Source: Candidatus Saccharimonadota bacterium
GTDB taxonomy: Bacteria > Pseudomonadota > Alphaproteobacteria > CAJXXZ01 > 1604HC
Direction: 5' to 3'
Assembly: GCF_008189285.1 (NCBI RefSeq)
Contig: NZ_CP043315.1
Coordinates: 30,001 to 62,000 of the forward strand
DNA: 32,000 nucleotides
Below are positions 11,656-19,627 of this stretch, piece after piece. Numbering within the stretch: position 1 is the stretch's first letter; every line of letters begins with the position of its first letter. The notes beneath the pieces were generated by a model. The model saw only the letters and a list, made by a program, of their open reading frames with translations, searched no databases and was not told where the DNA came from. The position numbers and the translations under genes were made by a program.

Positions 11656-13524
11656 TTAATAATCATAGGAATTATAGCTCATATCAAACGCTTTGTTAAA
11701 AATTGTATTATTTCCCCCTTTTCCTGGTATTGCAAATATTACTTTCTTGAATAGTCCTTGGAATTCCTTTTCACTTAGCACTTCTTTGTAGCATTGTGTA
11801 ATGAATTCTGGGCTATTTCCAAATACTCCACATCCCCATGCTCCTGTTATGAATGTATCGCTTCCAGTTATGTATGCAGCCTTAAGCTGGTCACGCATTT
11901 TAGCTTTGGTGATATTTTTGAACTCTTCTACATTTCCTTTTGAAAGATTGAATGCATATTGATCAAATTTTTTGTTTGATGCTCCTTTGCTAAGTTTGTC
12001 ATTTATGCAGTATGCTGCTTGTACAACTACTGCAATATTATGAATTTTGTCAAATGGTTTATAGTCATCTTTCTTCGCTTTTCTGATCAATGAAACTCCT
12101 GGAGCGTAGATTATTTCGTTGTGAGCAATTGGATAAAGCGATGAATGTTGTTTTATTCTACTTTGAAGAATATGGAATAAATTTGTCGATCTGCACAAAT
12201 CCTCTTCCTGTGCTGATGCTCCTTTTTTGAATCCTCCGCACATGTCTTCTTTGTTTGCAAAGTCTAATACAGCAACTTTAAGCCCTTGTTGAATTGCGGA
12301 ATCAGATGCTGTGATGGAATCTGTATTCGCAACTTCTATTTTAGTGACATGTGTAGTTTTAGATTTTAATTTTTCATTGAATCTTTTGTTTAATTCTGTG
12401 GAATTATTTTTATACGTACTATTTGCTGCTTTTTTTGCGTTTAGACTTGTTTCATTATCTACATTCCAGTCATGGTGTTGGTTAGCAAAGATAGTTAATT
12501 CATAATCTCCTCTTGTGCTTCCTGGTTTGTATGCGCTCCAAGATTCTCCTGTTTTTGACACAATAACATCTGCAATCAATGCGCTTCCTGACCTATCTTT
12601 TGCATATTCAGGCTCTATCATAAGAGATGATCCTCTTTCATCTTTTTCAACAGAAGTAGAGGTAGAAGCTCCTTTTCCACCAGCAGATTCAAGTCCTTTT
12701 GACCCTTTGCTATAAGATTCTTGTTGTATTACAGAAGATCCTCTTCCAGCGGTAACTGCAGATCCTCTTCCAGCGGTAACTGCAGATCCTCTTCCACCAG
12801 AGGTAGAAGCTCCTTTTCCACCAGCAGATTCAAGTCCTTTTCCACCTTTTCCACCAGCTTCAACAATCTCTACAGTTTTTCTTGGTTGAGATGCGCCAAA
12901 TCCACTAGGTTCTGCATTTTTTGATACATTATTGTAGAAATCATATTTTTCTGTAATGACTGCGTATCCTTCTATGTTTATAATTTTAAATTCTACCCCT
13001 ATGCATTTTTCAATAGCTAATACCTGTTCACGTGCTAAATTATCCTCAGAAAATTTGTCTGTTTCTTTGAAATGTTGAGCCGTTTTAGATTGCGAGGAAT
13101 GCATGTGATTCAATAGATCTTCTATGCTTCTATTTTTATTAATAGCCTCTTTAATTATTTGTTCTTGCTTATCACTGAGGCCTCGATATGTTGATTTAGC
13201 TACTTGTGTTAACAATGCTGTAATTATTGCGTAATAATCACTTCCATTTATTTCTCCACGCTTAGTTTTTTCATGCAAGCTTTTAATGGTAAAATTGACC
13301 GATTGCGCATTGTCTTTAATCAGATCTCCAAGTTCGTTTGCTAAACGTGAATTCAATTTTAATAATTCAAGTGAATGTATGCTGACTCCTATATCTTGCA
13401 TTTTAATTGAGTTAGAATGCAATGCATTATAATCTATTCGATCCTGTTTTAAATTTATGCAATTTAAGTATGATGTCAATAAAAGTGGAATAATGTTTAA
13501 TATTTTCATAATATATTCTAACAT
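11656..13524 (-). CDS. multidomain protein with C-terminal microbial-type PARG / TIGR02452-like macrodomain (putative ADP-ribosyl hydrolase)
   Basis: The ORF is open to TTG at 13542, with ATG candidates at 13524 and 13509. The C-terminal ~230 aa carry LKVAVLDFANKEDMCGGFKKGASAQEEDLCRSTNLF and FITGAWGCGVFGNSPEF. I recognise these as the Gly-loop/QEE and diphosphate-loop blocks of the DUF2263/PARG_cat_microb family. The N-terminal ~200 aa have no recognised motifs, and the middle is a Gly/Ser/Lys/Arg repeat linker. Confidence 0.75.
   Translation of the reverse strand: MLEYIMKILNIIPLLLTSYLNCINLKQDRIDYNALHSNSIKMQDIGVSIHSLELLKLNSRLANELGDLIKDNAQSVNFTIKSLHEKTKRGEINGSDYYAIITALLTQVAKSTYRGLSDKQEQIIKEAINKNRSIEDLLNHMHSSQSKTAQHFKETDKFSEDNLAREQVLAIEKCIGVEFKIINIEGYAVITEKYDFYNNVSKNAEPSGFGASQPRKTVEIVEAGGKGGKGLESAGGKGASTSGGRGSAVTAGRGSAVTAGRGSSVIQQESYSKGSKGLESAGGKGASTSTSVEKDERGSSLMIEPEYAKDRSGSALIADVIVSKTGESWSAYKPGSTRGDYELTIFANQHHDWNVDNETSLNAKKAANSTYKNNSTELNKRFNEKLKSKTTHVTKIEVANTDSITASDSAIQQGLKVAVLDFANKEDMCGGFKKGASAQEEDLCRSTNLFHILQSRIKQHSSLYPIAHNEIIYAPGVSLIRKAKKDDYKPFDKIHNIAVVVQAAYCINDKLSKGASNKKFDQYAFNLSKGNVEEFKNITKAKMRDQLKAAYITGSDTFITGAWGCGVFGNSPEFITQCYKEVLSEKEFQGLFKKVIFAIPGKGGNNTIFNKAFDMSYNSYDY
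12658..12841. repeat. intragenic repeats: 43-bp perfect direct repeat pair flanking 24-bp tandem repeats
   Basis: agaggtagaagctccttttccaccagcagattcaagtcctttt occurs at 12658-12700 and 12799-12841 (encodes KGLESAGGKGASTS twice). gatcctcttccagcggtaactgca occurs in tandem at 12737-12760 and 12761-12784, plus a partial third copy (encodes the GRGSAVTA repeats). Confidence 0.95.
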
Positions 13525-13628
13525 TTTAACTTTTGAAGTCAAGTAAATTTTTATTGTTGCAATTAGGCAAATTTAATCAATTGAATAAATAGGTTTTGCA
13601 ATTGTATATATATTTGTTACAGTTATAC

Positions 13629-14912
13629 ATGACTATTGGAATTATTTTAGCTGCTGGAAAAGGGTCTAGATTTGGCTCAAAATCCAAGCTATTTGTCGAA
13701 TTATGTGGTCAATATGTTTTAGACTATCCGATTAATTTATGTAAAGAATTAAGAATAGAAGAAATTAACTTGGTTGTTAAGGATAGAGAAGAAGATTTGG
13801 ATAAATGCAATATTGAAGGGTGTAATATTATTTTACAATCCGATAAAAAAGGAACTGGTGGAGCCACTTTGTCTGCAGTTGAGAAATTTCAAAAACCTAT
13901 TAATGGTAATGTTGTTATATTATTAGGGGATTGTCCTTTGGTGCTTGAGAACACAATAAGTCAAGCATTGAATAAATTAGATAATTACGATCTTATAATT
14001 GGAGGAGTTAAATCAGATTCAGATCATTCTTATGGGAGAATTATTTCAAAAAATGGAACAATTTTATCAATAGAAGAAAGTTCTGTTAAAAGTGAAATTA
14101 CAGAATTTCGTAATGCTGGTTGGATGGTTTGTAATGGAAAATATCTCAATGATTTGCTTAGAAAGATTCCTTTAATTAATGGAGAATATTATTTAACAGA
14201 ATGTGTTAGAATAGCTAATGAATTTGATTTGCGAGTTGGAATGATTGAAGTTAGTGAAGATATTGGAATAAATACAAAGTTGGATTATATTAATGCATCA
14301 TCTGTATTACAGAAAAGATTTAGAGAAAATGCTATAAATAAAGGAGTTTTGATGATGGATCCTGATGCGGTTTATTTTTCAGCAAAAACTACTTTTGAAG
14401 ATGATGTGCAAATAGATCCATATGTGACATTTAAAGGGAATGTAAAATTGCAATCTGGAAGTCATATCAAATCATTCTCTAGCATAGAATCTAGCACAAT
14501 AGGGCAGAATGCTAAGATTGGCCCATTTGCTAATCTAAGAAATGGAACGATAGTTGGGGAAAAAGTAGAGATTGGATCTTTTGTAGAGACAAAAAAATCT
14601 GTATTTAAAAAGCAAAGCAAAGCAAAGCATCTCAGCTATATCGGAGATGCTGATATAGGAGAGGGGTCTAATATTTCTGCAGGAGTCGTATTTTGCAATT
14701 ACGATGGAGTTAATAAAAACAAATCCAAAGTTGGAAAAAATGTTTTTCTAGGGGCTAATAGCTCTTATATTGCTCCATTGGAATTAGGAGACAATTCTCA
14801 AATTGGAGCTGGTAGCGTGATTACTAAAAATGTAAAAGATAATTCTCTTGCTGTTGCACGTTCTAAGCAAAATGAGTATAAAATAATAAATAAAAATAGG
14901 AGCAAAGATTAA
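13629..14912 (+). CDS. glmU: bifunctional GlcNAc-1-phosphate uridyltransferase / glucosamine-1-phosphate acetyltransferase
   Basis: N-terminal nucleotidyltransferase loop IILAAGKGSRF. C-terminal left-handed beta-helix hexapeptide repeats (YIGDADIGEGSNISAGVV..GKNVFLGANSSYIAP..GDNSQIGAGSVI). I prefer ATG at 13629 over the longer TTG at 13596. Confidence 0.9.
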   Translation: MTIGIILAAGKGSRFGSKSKLFVELCGQYVLDYPINLCKELRIEEINLVVKDREEDLDKCNIEGCNIILQSDKKGTGGATLSAVEKFQKPINGNVVILLGDCPLVLENTISQALNKLDNYDLIIGGVKSDSDHSYGRIISKNGTILSIEESSVKSEITEFRNAGWMVCNGKYLNDLLRKIPLINGEYYLTECVRIANEFDLRVGMIEVSEDIGINTKLDYINASSVLQKRFRENAINKGVLMMDPDAVYFSAKTTFEDDVQIDPYVTFKGNVKLQSGSHIKSFSSIESSTIGQNAKIGPFANLRNGTIVGEKVEIGSFVETKKSVFKKQSKAKHLSYIGDADIGEGSNISAGVVFCNYDGVNKNKSKVGKNVFLGANSSYIAPLELGDNSQIGAGSVITKNVKDNSLAVARSKQNEYKIINKNRSKD

Positions 14913-14914
14913 AT

Positions 14915-16675
14915 ATGTGTGGTTTGATAGGTATAGTTCATAAAGAAGGCAATGTTTGCGAAAAAATACACAAGGGATTGGAATATCTTCAATATAGAGG
15001 ATACGATTCTTGTGGTATTTCTGTCATGGAAGATGGGGAATTTTACGCAAATAAACAAATAGGGCCTATTTCTGGTCTGAAAAAAAATTGCCATAGTGGA
15101 AAAATAGGAATTGGACACACTAGATGGGCTACTCATGGATGCATCAGTATAAAAAATACCCATCCATTTATGCATAAAAATCTTGCAATTGTTCATAATG
15201 GGATTATAGAAAATCATTCTGAAATTAGAGACAAATATCCTGATTATCATTGGAAAACAGGATGTGATACAGAGTCTATTTTGAAGTCCACATATGAGCA
15301 TTTAAAGGAATATAGAAATATTAACGATGAAATTACTGATCACGCTGATTGGAATTATGCATTTGAAAAGATGTCAGAAGAATTAGACGGGTCATTTGCT
15401 GTTGCATTTATGGATTTAAGCTACCCTGACACTTTATTTTTTATAAGAAAGGGATTAAGCCCTTTATCAATAGCTGTTTCAGATGACTTTGGAGCAATTG
15501 CATCTGATTGCCTTGCATTATCCGATATGTCTGATCATGTTATTGATATAGAAAATGGCCAATATGGATATGTAAAAGCTGGAAAATATGAAATTAAGCC
15601 AGGAAATATAAATGAAAAAAGACATATTATTAAATCTCCTAAAATGTCAGAGAAATCTCATGATACATGGTTTGCTCATGAGTTCCACACTCAACCAATG
15701 GTTTTGTCTAATGCGCTTCATAAATTTAACAGCGCTTTTACTTTATCAGATTTTGAGAAGCCTAAATTTATAGATATATTAGGATGTGGAAGTTCTTACT
15801 ATGCAGGATGTGTAGGTAAGTATTGGATTGAAAAATATGCAAATATTATGTGCAGAGTTCAAATGTCTTCTGAGTGGAAAGATTTAAAAGGATACGATAG
15901 AACCATTGCACTTATTTCTCAATCAGGAGAAACAGCAGATACTTTAGCAGCTTTTGGAAAACAGCTTGGCGCACATAAGACTGTCGGTTTTGTGAATACT
16001 TTAGGAAGCAGCTTATCTAGAGCGGTAGATCATGTTGTGCCTACTTTTGTTGGTCAAGAAGTTAGCGTTGCATCTACAAAAGCCATGACTGGACAAATGC
16101 TATCTTTATTTTTATGGGCTACAAAATTATCTGGAGTCAACAAACAGGATGAATTAACTGAATTATTTGAAAAAATGTCTTGTTTAATCAATAAATTGCC
16201 TGAAAATACTAAAGAAGTAATAGATATATGTGCAAATGTTGATGATTTGTTTATTCTAGCCAAAGGGAATTTGGTTCCTATAGCGTATGAAGGTGCGTTA
16301 AAAATTAAAGAATTGGCATATGTTCATGCAGAAGCAATGAGCGCTAGTGAATTAAAGCATGGTCCTTTAGCGATGATTAATCCAGATTCATCTCAGGCAA
16401 TTATATTTCTAGCCCCGTCTTCAAGCTCTCTTTGGAGCAAGATGCTTTCTGCTGTTGAAGAGGTTCATAGTAGAGGTGGGAAGGTCATTGTTATTAGCGA
16501 TAAGCCTGAGAAGTTTAATGTTAATTATTCTGTAAAAATGCCATATATAGAGGAAGATTTAGCCCCATTTTTGTATATATTATCCATGCAGTGGATTGCT
16601 TATGGATTAGCAATAAGAAAAGGAAATGCAATTGATATGCCTAGAAATCTTGCAAAATCTGTCACAGTAGAATAA
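14915..16675 (+). CDS. glmS: glutamine--fructose-6-phosphate aminotransferase
   Basis: N-terminal nucleophile MCGLIGIV, GHTRWATHG, SIS-domain motif SQSGETADT, and the family-typical C-terminus ..KSVTVE. It begins 2 nt after the glmU stop. Confidence 0.95.
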   Translation: MCGLIGIVHKEGNVCEKIHKGLEYLQYRGYDSCGISVMEDGEFYANKQIGPISGLKKNCHSGKIGIGHTRWATHGCISIKNTHPFMHKNLAIVHNGIIENHSEIRDKYPDYHWKTGCDTESILKSTYEHLKEYRNINDEITDHADWNYAFEKMSEELDGSFAVAFMDLSYPDTLFFIRKGLSPLSIAVSDDFGAIASDCLALSDMSDHVIDIENGQYGYVKAGKYEIKPGNINEKRHIIKSPKMSEKSHDTWFAHEFHTQPMVLSNALHKFNSAFTLSDFEKPKFIDILGCGSSYYAGCVGKYWIEKYANIMCRVQMSSEWKDLKGYDRTIALISQSGETADTLAAFGKQLGAHKTVGFVNTLGSSLSRAVDHVVPTFVGQEVSVASTKAMTGQMLSLFLWATKLSGVNKQDELTELFEKMSCLINKLPENTKEVIDICANVDDLFILAKGNLVPIAYEGALKIKELAYVHAEAMSASELKHGPLAMINPDSSQAIIFLAPSSSSLWSKMLSAVEEVHSRGGKVIVISDKPEKFNVNYSVKMPYIEEDLAPFLYILSMQWIAYGLAIRKGNAIDMPRNLAKSVTVE

Positions 16676-17452
16676 TTTTAAATTAATTCATAGTTATCAT
16701 TATTATTTTTGAAATAACTTGCATTTAGAAAGCAATCTTTTTCAATAATTTGACTAAGCCAGAAGGGCGATTATATCAAATCATATACAATTTCTTTATT
16801 TAATTTTTATGTCATGAAATTTGCATTATTTTTTTTAATATCTACAAATGTAAATTATTATAAGCTTGAAAATACTTAATTAAATTTAAGAGAATTTATT
16901 TAAACAATTTCATGTTTAAGAAATTTTTATTCGCATGCAAACTCTTCTAGTTTGTAATATCAGCCCCTTTTTGCATTAATTTTAGATGCTACAGTAAATT
17001 ATTAACTGTTATCTCAAATCTAATGAAGTGTAATTTCTTTAATAAACAAATGGCATTTTTAGCGATGAATTTCTTAAAGCTTTTCTTAGAATATTAGTTG
17101 CTGATTAATTTATGCAATTCAAATATTGCTTGCTAATATTATTGCATTAACAATGAAAAAAGATTGATTTTTGATGTTAATCTTTCAAGTTATGGCAATA
17201 ACACTCCAAACTTGATCATGAAATGATGCAAGTTTTTATAAATTAGATTTAGTTGCTTGATAATATCTATTAACGTTAGATTTATTGATTTATTTGCATA
17301 TTAGATGTTTTATTTTTACTTAATTATTAATGCATTTTGGTATTTTTTAGCTCATATTCTATCTGCTAATATTTTATGCTTTCTAATTATTCGATTTTTT
17401 CATGCTAAATATAATTTATAAATATTATTGTAAGTTATAATTATTTCTCAAA

Positions 17453-18751
17453 TTATTTTATCATTTGCTTAATATCTTGTAGCTCTGATTCAAGAGAATC
17501 TATGCTTTGTTCAATTTTCTTTATGCTATGCATTGCCGTTGTATGATCTTTCCCCCCAAGAAATCTTCCTATTTCTGGAAGAGAGCTATCTGTAAGCTCT
17601 CTACACAAATACATAGCTATTTGTCTTGGTTTAAGAATATTCCTTTTTCTAGATTTTGAGCAAAGCTCATCTTTTTCTATATTATAGTATTTACAAATTG
17701 AATCAATAATTAGTTCAGGTGTTATAGGTTTTTTATGCTGAACAAATTCCTTTAAAATTCCTTTAACTGTATCAAGATCAAGGTCTTTTTTGAAAAAATC
17801 TACATATGCTATAACTCTCATCAATGCTCCGCCTAATTCTCTTATGCTAGACTTAACGTTTTCAGCTATAAACTGAAGAATTTCATCATTGATATTTCTT
17901 CCTATAGATTTTTCCTTTAATATGCTTAATCGCAATTCATAGTTTGCGGGATGCAAATTCACAACTAATCCGCTACCCAATCTTGATCTCAATCTTTCTT
18001 CAATTCCAGATAATTCTGAAGGAGGCTTGTCTGCAGAAATAACCAATTGTTTTCCTTGAGATATTAGATACACAAAAGTGTGAAAAAATTCTTCTTGAGT
18101 TGAGTCCTTGCCTGATAAAAATTGAAAATCATCAATCATCAATATATCAAAAGATCTTAACTCTTCTTTGAAAGACATCATATCTTTTTGCTTTAATGCG
18201 TTGATAAATTTTAACATGAACTGCTCAGCAGATAAGTAGCAAACATTATTATTGTGGAAATTTTTCTTAATATACCATCCAATTGAATGCATTAGATGAG
18301 TTTTGCCAAGCCCAACAGGTCCGTATAAAAACAAAGGATTGAAAATTCTTTCTTCAGATTGCGCTATTCTTAATGCTGATGTGTAAGCCATTTCGTTTGA
18401 TCTTCCAACAATGAAAGTTTCAAAAACCATATCTTTGCTTAAGGGAAGTGAATATTCATTTTTATTATTATACGATATTTCATTTTTTTGATTATTGATT
18501 TTAGAAGAAGATTCTTTTGCTAAAGTTTCCTTTACTTCGAATTCAATAGAAAGATTATGTTTTTTTGCGATATCTTGAACAATATCTAAATAGTGATTTT
18601 TAATCCAATTAGCAATGAATTTAGTTTTTACGCATGCATATAGCTTATCTTTAACTATATTAACCTCTACACCATCAAACCAACTACTCACAGTAGAGTC
18701 GCCAAGCTTGCTTTTTAGTTCAGTTAATATATCTTGCCAAACGCTGCTCAT
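17453..18751 (-). CDS. dnaA: chromosomal replication initiator protein DnaA
   Basis: Walker A LYGPVGLGKTHL, Walker B ILMIDDFQF, sensor region, and the C-terminal DNA-binding signature LGGKDHTTAMHSIKKIE. Confidence 0.95.
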   Translation of the reverse strand: MSSVWQDILTELKSKLGDSTVSSWFDGVEVNIVKDKLYACVKTKFIANWIKNHYLDIVQDIAKKHNLSIEFEVKETLAKESSSKINNQKNEISYNNKNEYSLPLSKDMVFETFIVGRSNEMAYTSALRIAQSEERIFNPLFLYGPVGLGKTHLMHSIGWYIKKNFHNNNVCYLSAEQFMLKFINALKQKDMMSFKEELRSFDILMIDDFQFLSGKDSTQEEFFHTFVYLISQGKQLVISADKPPSELSGIEERLRSRLGSGLVVNLHPANYELRLSILKEKSIGRNINDEILQFIAENVKSSIRELGGALMRVIAYVDFFKKDLDLDTVKGILKEFVQHKKPITPELIIDSICKYYNIEKDELCSKSRKRNILKPRQIAMYLCRELTDSSLPEIGRFLGGKDHTTAMHSIKKIEQSIDSLESELQDIKQMIK

Positions 18752-18773
18752 AAAATTCTATTCATCAAAAAAT

Positions 18774-19037
18774 TCAAATTTTATTAAATAATTTAGCTAA
18801 TCTTTCAATTTTTCTATCAGCATTAGCAGGGTGAACTATTCTTTTTCTTCCACATCTAGCTATGCAAGATTGAGTTTTTCTGAAAAGCTCAACATTTTTT
18901 TCTGCATTTTCGATAGATTTTCTCAATGCTTTAATAGAAGTTCTCATTGTGCTTAGGGCAGATTTATTTCTACCCCTAGCTCCTCCAATATTCTCATCTC
19001 TGCGAATACGTTTTTTAGTAGCTGTATGATTAGCCAT
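18774..19037 (-). CDS. rpsT: 30S ribosomal protein S20
   Basis: 87-aa basic protein MANHTATKKRIRRDE..., S20-like throughout. It lies directly upstream of dnaA on the same strand, as in many alphaproteobacteria. Confidence 0.9.
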   Translation of the reverse strand: MANHTATKKRIRRDENIGGARGRNKSALSTMRTSIKALRKSIENAEKNVELFRKTQSCIARCGRKRIVHPANADRKIERLAKLFNKI

Positions 19038-19102
19038 TATTTACCTCTTTTGACATATACATAATTCTACAACATATTTTCATATCAATAAATAGCATTT
19101 TA

Positions 19103-19627
19103 CTATTTCTTCCTTCCAATAAATGATTCTAATATTGTCATTGCTGACAATGCGTCATCTGTTTCTAATTTATGACCCCCACTATACATTGATGAGACGT
19201 ATGAGCTTGTACATCTTTCATCTCGTTTTACTATTGGTCCTTTCCAAGATTTTTGTAAATTATCAATAAATTTTTGAGTTTCTTTGCATTGAAAGGCTTC
19301 TTCTCCCTTCATATTTAAGGGCCATCCTATAATAACCCCAACAACATCTCTTTCTTTTATTAATTGTAAAACTATATCTACAATAAATTTTTTTGGCCCA
19401 TATACTCCATTAGGGATTGCAAGTTCCTGATTATAATCGCAGAAAGCTACTCCAGTTCTTACTTCTCCATAATCTAATCCAATTAACACTCCAGATGTGG
19501 GAATACTTTCTTCTGATATTGAGATATTATTTCCTGATTCAGATGCAATGCTACTTGCCCCTTCAATGCTATCTTTTTCTATTGAGATTTTATCTTCTGA
19601 TTTTGAGATGCTGTCTATTGTTTGCAT
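19103..19627 (-). CDS. ruvX: YqgF/RuvX putative pre-16S rRNA nuclease / Holliday junction resolvase-like protein, with N-terminal Ser/Ile/Glu-rich extension
   Basis: The core LIGLDYGEVRTGVAFCD ... VVGVIIGWPLNMKGEE matches the RuvX family. The ATG at 19627 overlaps the stop of the upstream helicase as TAATG, which supports the long form. Confidence 0.85.
   Translation of the reverse strand: MQTIDSISKSEDKISIEKDSIEGASSIASESGNNISISEESIPTSGVLIGLDYGEVRTGVAFCDYNQELAIPNGVYGPKKFIVDIVLQLIKERDVVGVIIGWPLNMKGEEAFQCKETQKFIDNLQKSWKGPIVKRDERCTSSYVSSMYSGGHKLETDDALSAMTILESFIGRKK

Noticed and set aside
12311-12924. Three plus-strand ORFs (64-67 aa) opposite the PARG-like gene, including the Ser/Arg-rich one at 12721-12924
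   Set aside because: They are antisense shadows of the repeat region. Their periodic sequence simply mirrors the 24-bp and 43-bp repeats of the minus-strand gene, which has the recognisable domain.
11656-13542. DarT/DarG-like or other ADP-ribosylation toxin-antitoxin pair
   Set aside because: No adjacent small toxin or ADP-ribosyltransferase ORF exists on either side, and the macrodomain blocks look PARG/TIGR02452-type rather than DarG-type.
14909-15301. 130-aa minus-strand ORF overlapping the 5' end of glmS
   Set aside because: It is entirely antisense to the strongly supported glmS N-terminal amidotransferase domain and has no motifs. The same reasoning applies to the other antisense ORFs: 686-952, 2454-2675, 3612-3845, 16054-16263, 19417-19682, 19941-20150, 21699-21908, 22938-23156, 23558-24382, 25167-25364, 27497-28021, 28864-29126, 29583-29981, 30255-30461 and 31527-31739.
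16676-17452. oriC next to dnaA
   Set aside because: I found no TTATCCACA/TGTGGATAA-like boxes with 2 or fewer mismatches by eye. The spacer is at the 3' end of dnaA. Alphaproteobacterial origins are often not dnaA-linked, and a whole-genome skew analysis is needed.
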